Positions 26,761-39,535 of a stretch of DNA of 64,000 nucleotides are shown here, piece after piece. Location: contig OZ024742.1 in NCBI GenBank assembly GCA_964016885.1, positions 89,528,001-89,592,000 of the forward strand, read 5' to 3'. This DNA comes from Eledone cirrhosa (lineage: Eukaryota). The first letter of the stretch is position 1. Each line of letters opens with the position of its first letter. Both the position numbers and the translations under genes were made by a program. The notes below the pieces were generated by a model. It ran no database searches and was not told where the DNA came from. It saw only the letters and a program-made list of their open reading frames with translations.

Positions 26761-27215
26761 AAGATGTATATCTTAATTAACTACCAGCACGAACGCTAAT
26801 TATATGCGGACTAATACGTTCATTTTCGGAATTTTCATAAATCTTTATGAAACTTATCTATAACTGTGAATTTTTAATGAGTTTTTGATCTCTTATTTAT
26901 AGTATAATATAATATAGTATATGCATATATTTCTTTTAAATATATTTACTGCACTATAAAATCTAAAATTTAAGACAGATTCAAACTTATATATAAATGT
27001 GAATTTTTGGTGCGCTTTTGATCTCTTATTTATAATATAATTTATTATAATATGTATGTAGTTATATATTATATTTTATATATTTTTAAATATTTTAAAA
27101 TATACCTACCACATTTCTATATATATGATTCTAATATAGAGAAAATATCCAAACTAAAAATTATTATAGACATTATTTTGAACTCTGAATTATCCATACA
27201 CTCATTATTGTTTTT

Positions 27216-27256
<41 letters not shown>

Positions 27257-27958
27257 ATTTAAACGTAACACGTTGAACTCTACTTTATAAAATTATAACT
27301 GTTATCATTTACCTAAAGTATTAATATATATCTATATATATACCTCTCTGTATCTAATAATATGTTGATATCCTGTTTGAAGAATAATTAGTACATTTAC
27401 GCCCAGTTATACATAGGTATATATTTATCCTTAACATCCTCCAATCTATTATGTTATTTTATTTTTATCTTCGTCGTTATTATTTACCTTAAACATACTG
27501 GCTCATTAATATATACCTATATACATAATAGTTATTTAAATATTTATAACAATAAGTACGTCAAAAGCTTTACATACCTAATATGTTGGTATCTTTGTTA
27601 AAGTTTAAATTTAGGTAAATGATCAACAGTATAATATTTCATTCTTTATGTGCCAGCTAAATCCTTTAAATGTTACCCTCATAAAATTCAGAAGTTTAGA
27701 AATGATAACACACTTATCGAATTTATAAAAATAATATATAATAATCAGCAAATAATCCTGAAATCTGGAGTCTTCACCCTAATATTATAAATGAAATATT
27801 TTCAAATTTAACCGTTTAACTTTCGGAAAAAATCTCCTTCTGCATATATCAGCCCCCCCCCTCCACCATTTATCTTACCCTCTTTGTAAATCCTTTTCCA
27901 GTGGCTATCACTGGCTGTTATGATTCATGTATATATTCTGTTATGATTCCTGTATATA

Positions 27959-29606
27959 TTCTGCCATGTATATGAAGAAATAGAAGGCAATAAATAGAGA
28001 ATAAATGAAAAAGTAATGAAAAAGTAATGAAAAATGAAAATGGAAAATGAAAAATGAAAATGAAAAGTGAAAAATAAAAATGAAGATTCAAATAAAATAA
28101 GATAAAATGTGTGTGTGCATAACCCAAGGTCAGAAATATGTTGGATAAAGTTGTAGGAGGAACAAGATAGTAAAAGTATAAAACGAAATAGGATAATCAA
28201 ATAAAATGTGTGTATTTTAACCAATCTCAACTTAAATATAAATATAAGGTGATAAAGTGAAGAAAACAGAAAACAAATAACAAATGAATAATGAGAAATC
28301 AAAAATGAAAAATCAAAAATCAAGTAAATTAAAATGTGTGTGTGTTATAAAGATGTTGGCCAAATTATAAAGGCAGTGTCAGAATCAATCTCTAGGCTAT
28401 CATGGTGTCTGCTCAGCCTAGGTTGGTCCCTATGGCTTGAGGGGAGTTCCCAACCTATGGTGTTGTTACTGCCCATATAGCTTGAGGGAGGTGTGGCCGA
28501 GAGGTCTCTACATGTTCTGGAGATTCCCTATAGTTTGAGGGGAGTTCACATCTTATTGTGTTGCTACTGTCCATATATCTTGAGGAAGGTCTCGACCCTG
28601 AGGTGTCTGCATGTCCTGAAGAAGTCAGTTCTGAGGTTTATCAAGCCGCTTCCACCACTTAATATCTCGAGGGTCTCGTTCAGACATAGTTTGCATATGC
28701 AAGATCCCGCTTTATCGGGTGGTACTTTCCTGATTATGGACCAGGCCAGAAAGTACGGGGTCCTGTCCAGCTTAAGCTTCCAGATCAGGTCGGAGAGAGC
28801 CGTACTTTTCCGTTTGGCCTCCTTATTGAAGGAATGGCGATGGTTATACCAGCGGTCTTTAAAGCTCGTTGATGTGGCTCCTATGTAGAGGTGTTCGAAG
28901 TTGGGGGGTTTAACCCTACAACCGTATACTAGGTCCATCTTAAGGCATTCATTACCAAGGGGTCATGATTCGGGGTTTCTGCAGTTGCAGAGGGTAGTCG
29001 ATCTCTGCGTGCCTAGATTGGGGTTCCGTTAGATGTTACATGGTGGTCTTCCCCCAGGCACGGTGGGGGTCCCCGGGTTTGTTTGGGTTTCTTGGGTGGG
29101 CACTGGGTACCCCTTTCTCCCCTTTCACATGGTTCTGCTGAGTGCTTGTATTGCCATCTTCTGGCTGTGTGTGGTTTTTAAGCCTACTCCTGTTGATGCT
29201 AGCTATGTGTTCGGCCAGATTTCTCGTGGTGGAATACGAGAGCTTCATAGTGTGTCTGTTGAAGATCTTGTGGTATCTATGGTCCCTTGGGAAGAATTTA
29301 TAACACACACACATTTTATTTGATTATCCTATTTCGTTTTATTCTTTTACCATCTTGTTCCTCCTACCACTTTATCCAACATATTTCTGACCTTGAGATT
29401 GGTTATAGCACACACACATTTTATCATATTTTATTTGAATCTTCATTTTTATTTTTCACTTTTCATTTTCATTTTTCATTTTCCATTTTCATTTTTCATT
29501 ACTTTTTCATTACTTTTTCATTAATTTTTCATTTATTCTCTATTTATTATTTATTTTCTGTTTTCTTCATTTTATTGCCTTCTATTTCTTCATATACATG
29601 GCAGAA
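27959..29606. repeat. Inverted repeats (~27959-28212 / 29305-29606) flanking a PLE endonuclease fragment
   Basis: CTGCCATGTATATGAAGAAATAGAAGGC... versus ...GCCTTCTATTTCTTCATATACATGGCAG, with shared (TGAAAA)n arrays. Confidence 0.9.
28564..29300 (-). mobile_element. Penelope-like (Naiad-type) linker and GIY-YIG fragment
   Basis: KFFPRDHRYHKIFNRHTMKLSYS...CNCRNPES*PLGNECLKMDLVYGC...YIGATSTSFKDRWYNHRHSF...CKLCLNE...LINLRTDFFRTCRH. Confidence 0.9.
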
Positions 29607-30338
29607 CCGCCCCCCCCCCCCACACACACCCACACAGACCACCACCACCACCACCAACACCACCACCACCAGCACCACGGGAGATGGTGGCAGGAGGAAT
29701 GAAGAAACACACACACAGATACTTCTAAATTGTCAGCAGCAGCAAGACATAAGCTGACCACAACACCAACAACACTACCAAAATAAGGGTAGAGGTCAGA
29801 TGTACTTAACAATAGCAAACACAAACACTACAGGGAGCCTCACCACAGAAACAATTTCTATAGACTTTGGACTGAGGAATGCTCTCAAAACTGACCAATG
29901 GAAAGAGTGACCTTACAAATCTTTATAACATTGAGATGGGTATAACACACACACATTTTATTCGATTATTTTATTTTATTTTGTTCCTTTACCATCTTAT
30001 TCCTTCTACCACTTTATCATTTTTTTTAGCTGACTCCAACAACAACACCACTACCAACATAAGAATAGTCGTCAGATGTAGCTAACAATAACAAGAACAA
30101 CAACTACAGATTGGCTGCCTCAGAACGAATTTCTATAGACTTTTGACTGAGGAATGTTCTAACAACTGACCAATGAGAAGAGAAGAGGCCCTTTGACGCA
30201 GAAATTCGTTTGTTTAAATTCATATGATTCCAGTTCCTCAGTGAAATAACAACCCAACCAGGAACTGGGCATATCAGAGTATTGACAAAGTTATACACCT
30301 CAACAACATGTGTACTCGTCTCTACCACACTAATTCGG

Positions 30339-30393
30339 ACTGCCTGAAGAGGTCACAGCCAAAGATGGCTGTCACCGAAATATATATAGCAGT
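30339..30393 (+). ncRNA. Type I hammerhead ribozyme
   Basis: ACUGC-CUGAAGA-GGUCACAGCC-AAAGAU-GGCUGUCACC-GAAA-UAUAUA-UA-GCAGU. Second copy at 32350-32404; partial inverted copy at 31412-31442. Confidence 0.8.
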
Positions 30394-30919
30394 AATAAAC
30401 GAAGCCAAATTTTAAACATTTGACTTATTTATTTTATTTTATTTTACATTACTCCGGAGTAACCAAACCAACCTGCGCACTTCGTCGAGTGCTCCAATCT
30501 GCATACTGAGGTGTTGGTATACAACCAACATAAACTCAATATATATATATATATTCAAAAGATATATTTATAGAGAGAAAAGGAGCCATATATCGTTTGA
30601 GAAACACATAGTATATTGTACACATATTTAATTCAAATAATAGTCAGAAAAATATACATACATAAGGGGGAATAGATCCTTGCAGCACAGTTTCAAAGCT
30701 CCAAGAGAACACTAGGCAAGTGAAAATCTATCCAAGTAATCGATTATCGATTGCAATAAATGCCAAGGAAAGACAAGGTGCTACTCACCACAGGAATTGT
30801 CTACAAAATACCATCATATCTGTTGACAGGTGAAAGTCTGAATGAGTTTCAAAGTACATGGTACCGATAAACATTTAACGACAAGTGCAGATACATTCCT
30901 TAGAATCATTATGTAACAT

Positions 30920-31103
30920 AATTGTTTCTACTTTAGGCACAAGGCCAGCAATTATCCAGTGCATTACTGGTACTTTATTTTATCGACCCCGCAAGGATGA
31001 AAGGCAAAGTCAACCTCGGCGGGATTTGAACTCAGATCGTAAAGAGACGTAACTATGCTGGAAAGCATGGCGTCCGACCCTCTACCGATACTGCCAATCC
31101 ACG
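30920..31103 (-). mobile_element. tRNA-derived SINE
   Basis: A-box TGGCAGTATCGG, B-box GAGTTCAAATCC, central CCGAGGTTGACTTTGCCTTTCATCCTT.CGGGGTCGATAAAATAAAGTACCAG, tail GGCCTTGTGCCTAAAGTAGAAACAATTAT. Three copies in the window. Confidence 0.9.
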
Positions 31104-32349
31104 CTACTTAAACACGGCGTAATAGATTGTTTGCGCCTAAATACACCGCTTCTATAACTTACCACCGTGTTCATTTTTGTTTTTTGTTTATTTTTGATTT
31201 ACAGCATGCAGTATAAATACGAAGGCCGTTAGCTATCACAGTGACTATAGATTTCTTTTTTTTTCTGCATATGCTGGTTGTTTACCGACACCTCAGTATG
31301 CAGATTGGAGCACTCGACGAAGTACGCAGGTTGGTTTGTTTACTCCGGAGTAATGTATAATAATTAAGTCAAATATGTAAAATTTGGCTTCGTTTATTAT
31401 AAATTAAAAATTACTGCTATATATATTTCGGTGACAGCCATCCTATAGGAACACATCCACCTAGCAGCTAAAACCATGCCTCACACCGTTGTTTTCAACC
31501 CTTCTCTATCACTTCCTTAACCAGAACTCAAGTTTGCTGACACTAGATAATATAAATAGACGAAGTACGTCGATGGAGTCCTATCTTCTGTGCAGATAGG
31601 CACCCCAAATTTCCGAACAACAGGCCCCAACGCCAACCCCGCATTGTGACCCGAATACCCTGGGGATATCCGCCTCGAACCCGTCCCCTCTCGCACGCAT
31701 GAGTCAGGGATAAATACCACAAGTAAAAATGACGCGCCGATTATTACCACTTACCCCTCTCCCCACCTCCAGAGGGGACTTTGACCCTGTGTGCGTGTGA
31801 GTGTATCCACATGTGGGCGTATATGGAGCTATGTGTATGTGTACAAGTATGAGTGTGCGTGACTGTGTAGACGTAATATGGGAATGCACCTGAGCCTGTG
31901 TTTGTGCATGTGTGGTTGCAACGGTGTGTGTTGACATACACGCATATGTACTTTATGCTGAAATAAGAATTGTAGTCCTTTGCAATTCTGAATTTTGACA
32001 CATAGGGCTTTGGTATTTTACACTCCACTTTTGCCTCATCTGTTTTTAAAACGCACCACTCTATCATAAAATAAGAATTATAATTCTTTACACTTCTCGA
32101 TTCTGACACACAGGTTTTCTATTTCAGTTTATATTTTTCAAAATGTTTTATATTGGTTGTAGCACATACACATTTTTTTTTTTTGGGATACGAGCTTGTC
32201 CTACGACGCTGAAATTCGTTTGTTCTAGCCCATATGATTCCAGTTCCTCGGAGGAATAACAACACACCCAGGAGCTGGACATATCGATGTATTGACGGAG
32301 TAAAACACACTTCAACATAATGTGTACCCTCTTTTCCACACCAATTCGG

Positions 32350-32404
32350 ACTGCCTGAAGAGGTCACAGCCAATGATGGCTGTCACCGAAATATATATAG
32401 CAGT
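32350..32404 (+). ncRNA. Type I hammerhead ribozyme (copy of 30339-30393)
   Basis: Same fold, within a direct repeat ~30195-30425 / 32205-32450. Confidence 0.8.
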
Positions 32405-32453
32405 AATTTTTAATTTATAATAAACGAATCCAAATTTTACATTTTGACTTAAT

Positions 32454-32498
<45 letters not shown>

Positions 32499-33124
32499 TG
32501 CTACTGGTAACATGTATCCCAGTACAACCTGACTCATGGTCGGGTCGTTGGCGACATACATACATACATACATACATACATACATACATACATAGACACA
32601 TACATACATGATGATGGCTGCAACTCGATTTGAATAATGCCATCGCATGATACGTAAGCATGAGCAGTACGGATGTGGCTTTTTAGTTCTGCTAGGGACT
32701 TGCTCATGGTCAGCAATACTATGCATCGCAAACAAAATGCCACATATCAATCGATGCCTGTGCTTGAAGCTTTTTTGAGTGAGGAAAGGCTTTACACGGG
32801 ACCAATCCCATTCTCTGAACATCTACCCAATACATTTACCCCAAAAAGAAGAAATTGTCTACATCTTGGGATGCAAATGAAGTCGCAGGTTTTATAGAAG
32901 AGTTACCTTCTCATAGAGAGATGTCTTAATGAAGACTAGAAGTCACTCGCTCCACATAAACAAATGTTTTCATGGCCATTTACTCTTCTTAATTTATCCG
33001 CCCTTTGACGGTTTTTGTTTCTCATCCCTCAGCGTATCTAAAATCACCCTCCTCCCCAAGCAAACTTGGTGGGGGTGCCGCTTTAGTCGCCGTCGGCCCG
33101 ACTATACATATATACATAGATGGC

Positions 33125-33597
33125 ACTAAAGTATACTGGTAGAACCTGAAAATAAAATCTGCCACCAAATTAAAGCACATCCGGCCTGGTATTGTTGTTT
33201 GGGACCACACATTGAAAACGTGCTCTGTTGTAGAGATCAGCAGCCCACTTTATGTCAACGTTGTGAGAAAATACAAGAGAAGGAGGACATCTACGGACTA
33301 TTGGTGAGGAGTTTGCAGATCCAGTATCCAAGATACACCTTCAGCTTCATAGCCATCATTATTGGAGCTACAGCTTACATACCAATCCGCTTGGACTAAA
33401 GTATAACTGAACTTGGATTTGTGGACAAAGAACGCAGCTCCCTAATTCATAGACAACAAATGGCCGAGATAGCTGGCACCTTCAAAATCTGCAAAACATT
33501 CTTGCAATTCAAGTGATGACAATTTCTTTTCTTTTACAAACTTGCCAGCAGGAAGGTGGCCGGTCAAAAATGTACTCGAAATTAAGAGAAAGAGAAA
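33125..33597 (+). mobile_element. R4/Dong-like LINE 3' end (REL endonuclease), ending in (CATA)n
   Basis: RPGIVVWD...CSVVEISSP...KIQEKEDIYGLLVRSLQIQYPRYTFSFIAIIIGA; abuts the microsatellite. Confidence 0.75.
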
Positions 33598-34419
33598 CAT
33601 ACATACATACATACATACATACATACATACATACATACATACATACATACATACATAAATGGTGGCTGCCAACTCGTTTTCGAGTACGGCCACTACTTTA
33701 TATCCATGTAGGAGAACCCCTACCGAAGCGCTCAACGAGTGTGACTTTTTAGTCCAGCCAGCGACTTGAAAACTCTAGTACAAACACTACACTTATGACA
33801 ATTATTGACACATAGTGTTGGACCCATGGTACCATGTGACGACAAGTGCAGAGAGATCTCCAGATATAAAGCAATACCTGTGTCGTGAAGCTTTTATAGT
33901 GAGCAAAGGCACTGCACAAAGCCAGTCCCACTCTCTTAACCAAGATGATATTTACCAAAAAGAAGAACATGTCAACATCATTGGATACCATCAGGGTTGC
34001 AGGTGTTATATCAGAGTTTTCTTCTCCTAGAATTCTGCCTTGACAAAGGCTAAGGAGTCATCTCTCCCGGTGATTTTGGATGGCCATTGACTCTTAAGAG
34101 CTCCTTTGCCCTTTGACGGGTTTTGTTTTTAGCCTTTCAGGATGTCCAAAGTCACCCTCCTCACCAAGAAACCTTGGTCAGGTCACCAGTTGGTGCTATT
34201 AGTTACATGTATCCCAGTACAACATGTCCCATGGTCGGGTCGTTGGCGACTAAACATACATACATACATACATACATACATACATACATACATACATACA
34301 TACATACATACATACATACATACATACATACATACATACATACATACATGAATGTCGCATCATATCCCTCCGATAACATCTACGAACCTCGAAGCGTAGG
34401 AGCTCGTCTCTCGAGCAAG

Positions 34420-35592
34420 TCTATCTGCATGAATCAGATAAGATCATGAGAGTTGGGAAGTAACTCCTCGAAAGATTTTCCCTGTGTGATAATCAAAAAC
34501 TCACACCCAGGGAAGTCCCTCAGCAGTATCACAGTGAATCCATGGATGAAAAACTGCATGCTTATTAGCAAAACATCATGCATGGATATGTTGCCAGGAA
34601 GCTCCAGTGTGAGAGTAATATAGATAAAGAAAGTAGTATATCTTGGACCAACAACCGCTATATTGGCTCCAACTTTGAAAGATACGCTTTTGCAATCCAA
34701 GAACAGGAAATCAACACGAAATACCTGATTCACAAAAGAGATAGGGATGCAGGCAAACCACCTAGATGTGCTAACAAGTGCAGACTCTGCAGAATTAACA
34801 TCGAAGATGTCACCCATGTCATAAGCAAAGATGTCATCGTGGTACTATCTACCTATGAGGTATGATGTAGTGGCCAAAACACTGTACAATGCAATCCGTA
34901 GAAAAGATAGCCCCGATAATAAACACATTAAAAGCTATAGCAGCATGGAAGACATACATATACATAATATGAAAGAGTACTGGTGGACTGTTCCAGTAAA
35001 AACCCCAATAAAATACAGGCATAACAGATCAGATATAGTGATATGGGACAGGGAAAAGAAGGCATGCACAGTAGTGAAAGTTAGCTGCCCAGCAGATGCC
35101 AATATAATATCAAAGATTAGCGAAAAGGAGAATATTTATGCAGAACTGATGAGTAATCTGCAGATACTCCACCCTGATTATACCTTCAGATTTATGCCTG
35201 TGGTTATTGGGGCACTGGGATATGTTAGTAATTGCCTCAACACATATCTTGAGAAGCTGGCCTTAACAGGAACAGAAAGAACACTAGTTAGGAAATTACA
35301 AGTACAACCATTACTAAAACAGTAAAAATATGTAAAGCATTCCAAAAAAGTTGCATCTAATAACTGCATATACACATGTACAGATACAAAGCATATACAC
35401 ATGCACACATACAACTCAAAACATACACATCCACACATACAATAAAATCCATACCTACACATGAATGCGTGCTGTCATGCAGACATATCTACCTAGTTGA
35501 TGTGTAAATTCCAATGAGAGAGTCTTGTATCTATGTTAGAAACCGACTCTCTCTCTATTGGCAAAAATGTGTGAAATTATAAAACCAGAAAA
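34420..35592 (+). mobile_element. R4/Dong-like LINE 3' part (CCHC knuckle + REL endonuclease)
   Basis: MHGY...AFAIQEQEINTKY...KCRLCRINIEDVTHVIS...RYDVVAK...HNRSDIVIWD...VKVSCPAD...EKENIY...PVVIGALG; followed by (CATA)n. Confidence 0.88.
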
Positions 35593-35636
35593 ACATACAT
35601 ACATACATATATACATACATACATATATATATACAT

Positions 35637-38093
35637 ACTCCATCAGTTAACGCGATCATCGCATATTTTGCCGTGTGAGACTTTTTATTAAATTTAAGAT
35701 GAATACAATCTCCGACAGTAATGCCACAACTACAGCCAGGTTGAATAATTGGTTATTCTTCTAACTATCCCTTCTGAAGACACCTTTTATTCGAATTCGT
35801 AGAGATATCCGACTAAATACATAATTCATTTTACAGGGATTTGCTACAAACAGCATGGCTGAACACAAAATCAACAAGAAAATTAAGGAAGAATCGAAGA
35901 CAAATAACAAACAAGGTAATCAAACTTTATTCAGTTGTAGCTACAGAAGAAACCGAAATTATAAATCGCATTTCTCTCGGAGTTGCGAACTTAATAATGA
36001 TTTATTTAATTGTTATAAAATGGCAAAACACAATCCCTCCATTTGCTATATGAATAGAATGAAGCTACACTGGGACGAAATGCACCCAGAACTAAATTAA
36101 TTCACAGCGAAACAATTACACCAACAAGCGACGTTTATTGAACGTAAAAATAAGATAAATATTATTAATTGTAAGTCACCCACAACAAACCTGGAATAAA
36201 CAACATGTGCTACAGATCGCCATGCTACTAGACTTCCTAGCAACCAGGTCGAACAGCGCCTTGAAACAACTATGCCTGTAAGAAACTTGACACCACCTGT
36301 ACCATCTAAGTCTACCTCGAATGCTGGGGAAAACACTATGGTTAATAATAATAATCGAAGAAATAAAAATAATAATCGAATAAATGTGACACCACGTATA
36401 CCATCCGAGTTTACCTCGACTGTTGTGGAAAATACTATCGATTATGATAATCAAAAGTATAAACAATTGAAAACTTCCCTCAACGAAAACTTTCAGAGAG
36501 AAATTAATTTATCTATAAATATCTCTCTGACTGAACGTGTTAAAATGACAATGGTGAATAAAAAACCAAATAATGAAATACTACGTGTTATTGACGAAAT
36601 AGGGGATGAATATTTACGACGGATAAAAACCCCAACATTTTGGCAAATCAACGCCTGTTTATATGCCTTAGCAATGACAGTGAAGCATTATCTTGGTGAT
36701 AGCAGAGATATTAACAAGAACAAAACACCACCAAAAATACCATCATATATAACTAAAATAGAAAAAAAGAGTGCTGACCTACGAAAAAACATAGGACATG
36801 TGACAATGCTCCTTACATGCAAACAAACACACAAAAAACACACTCCTCGCCAACAAAGAGTGAAAAGTAAAATAGAGACGATGTTTGGTAACAGTAGAAC
36901 CAGAACTCTCCAATATAAGCTGATCACCCTCAAACAAGAATTGAGAGCTGTTAGCGAAAAACGCCGATACCTGAAGAAGGTAGATGAGAGAAAAATGCTT
37001 AATAAAAGATTCAGACGCAACCAAACATCAGTCTATAGAGATATGAAGGGCAAAATAATAAGCGTCACTGAGGCCCCATCCCAGAAAGACATAGATTCCT
37101 TTTGGAGAAAAATATGGGGTGAAAAGAAGAATTTCAACCAAGATGCAGTGTGGCTAAGAGAAATCCGAAAGTACTATTGCTGCTACACTACAACAAAAAC
37201 ATACGAAATAAGTGAGGGTACCCTTGAGACTGTGATAGGAAAACTCCAAGATAAGAAAACACCAGGAAGAGACATGATTGTCGGCTACTGGTACAAAAAA
37301 CTAATATTCTATCGGAGGTATCTTACTGACCTCTACCAACAAGTTCTTAAGAGAGATACACTTATACCAGAATGCTTGACATTAGCACAAACGTTACTGG
37401 TCCCCAAGAACAAAGACACCCACTTGGCAAAAAACTACCGACCCATTGCATGCCAGAACTTGATGTATAAGATGTATACAGCCTGCCTGAACCTATTTCT
37501 CCATGATCACTGTGAAAATAATAACATCATCACAGATGAACAAGCAGCTGGAAAGAAAAGTGTTTGGAGATGTGCTGAACAACTCCTAATCAACAAAACT
37601 GCGATGTCGGAGGTGCGACAACTTAGGAGGAATATGAATACAGTCTGGCTGGACTACAAGAAAGCTTTCGATTCTGTTCCCCACTCTTGGATGATAGAGG
37701 CCCTCCAACTTGTTAAAGTCCCAGCCATTATTGTCAGAGCCATAGAGAGGCTGTCTTCTTCTTGGGCTACTATCCTAAGGTTAAAGACAGAGAGGGAGGA
37801 CTCTATTTTCACTGATAAAATAAAATATTGCAGGGGTATATTTCAAGGGGACAGTCTCTCTGTGATATTGTTCATCTTGTCATTAAACCCCCTGTCCTTT
37901 CTGCTCAAGAAATGTGAGGGATACATCATTGGCTCACAGGAGGAGAGAAATACGAACCTAACCCATAACTTCGTTGTGGACGATCTGAAACTCTATGCCA
38001 AGAACATGGATGGGATGAAGAAAAATCTTGACCTGGTTCCAACGTTCTCAAAGGATTTAGGAATGGAGTTTGGCCAAGATAAATGCTCATACA
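35637..38093 (+). mobile_element. R4/Dong-like LINE 5' part (N-terminal region + RT), 3'-truncated
   Basis: ORF 36272-38236 has KTPGRD, NYRPIAC, EQAAGK, WLDYKKAFDSVPH, GIFQGDSLS, FVVDDLKLYA, GMEFGQDKC. The upstream frame reads CYKMA...MKLHWDEMHP. After 38093 the ORF runs into an unrelated inverted segment. Confidence 0.92.
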
Positions 38094-38955
38094 CTGCACA
38101 AAGCCAGTCCCACTCTCTTAACCAAGATGATATTTACCAAAAAGAAGAACAAGTCAACATCATTGGATACCATCAGGGTTGCAGGTGTTATATCAGAGTT
38201 TTCCTTCTCCTAGAATTCTGCCTTGACAAAGGCTAAGGGGTCATCTCTCACGGTGATTTTGGATGGCCATTGACTCTTAAGAGCTCCTTTGCCCTTTGAC
38301 AGGTTTTGTTTTTAGTCCTGCAGGATGTCCAAAGTCACCCTCCTCACCAAGAAACCTTGGTGGGGTGGCCAGTTTAGTCGCCAACGACCCGACCATGAGA
38401 CAGGTTGTACTGGGATACATGTTACCAGTAGCACCAACTATACATACATACATACATACATACATACATACATACATACATACATACATACATACATACA
38501 TACATGATGGCTGCCCCCTCGTTATCGAGTATGGCCATTGCACGAGGAGAAAAAAAAAAAAAAAAAGAAATATATATATATATATACATATACATACATA
38601 CATATATATATGTATATATGTATATATGGTGGCTGCCAACTCGTTTTCGAGTACGGCCACTACTTTATATCCATGTAGGAGAACCATTACCGATACGCTG
38701 AACGAGTGTGACTTTTTAGTCCAGCCAGCGACATGAAAACTCTGGTACAAAAACTACACTTGTGACAATTATTGACACATAGTGCTGGGCCCATGGTACC
38801 ATGTGACGGCAAGTGCAGAGAGATCTCCAGATATAAAGCAATGCCTGTGCCGTGAAGCTTTTATAGTGAGCAAAGGCACTGCACAAAGCCAGTCCCACTC
38901 TCTTAACCAAGATGATATTTACCAAAAAGAACAAATCAACATCATTGGATACCAT
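38094..38955 (-). mobile_element. Repeated fragments, probably the 5' region of a related LINE, in opposite orientation
   Basis: 38094-38360 and 38627-38955 duplicate 33910-34178 and 33659-33990. Conserved terminal motif GTCGGGYCG..GGCGACTAAA beside TA/TACA microsatellite. Confidence 0.6.
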
Positions 38956-39189
38956 ACATACACATATACACACACACACACACACACACGTACATTAATA
39001 ACAACAATAATAATAATAATAATAACAACAATAATAATAACGCAACAACAATAATAATATACATATATATATACAGACACACGCACACACATAAGCATAT
39101 CTATACACACACACACACACACACGATAGCAACTAACAGCGCTGCGATCGAATGTGGCTTATTAGCCCAGCCAATTATCTAATATGTCT

Positions 39190-39535
39190 TGCACAGAGTC
39201 GGAATCCAAAACATTCACTGGGAATAGTCGGCTGTGGTTGGAGTTCTTGTACTCTTGCATGTCGCTTGAGCCCTCCTGCTGATTTACATTCTCTACCACA
39301 TGTTTGGCAAGCATGATGAGTAGCATCTCCAACAACAGCCTGGTAGTCAACCACTGGTCTTACTTTATGACTGCGAAGATGACTTTCGAGTCCAGCTTTG
39401 CTTAGGCAGAGTCTCGCACAGACGCTGCATGTCAAAACCATAGGAGGACCCTCGCCGTCTGGGAGTGCAACAGCAATGCCCTTCCTCACATCCCGCTTTA
39501 CTTTCTCGTATGCGAGACTAGAAAGGCCAGACTAA
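39190..39535 (-). mobile_element. RTE (BovB-like) LINE 3' fragment with C2H2-like fingers
   Basis: LTCSVCARLCLSKAGLESHLRSH and HACQTCGRECKSAGGLKRHAR, typical of the RTE ORF C-terminus. Confidence 0.65.

Noticed and set aside
38094-38236. C-terminal extension of the 654-aa RT ORF as a novel domain
   Set aside because: It is read-through into an inverted repeat fragment also present at 33910-34050 and 38877-38955.
39175-39489. Host C2H2 zinc-finger gene
   Set aside because: Finger spacing and context match the C-terminus of RTE-type LINE ORFs; there are no TGEKP linkers or splice context.
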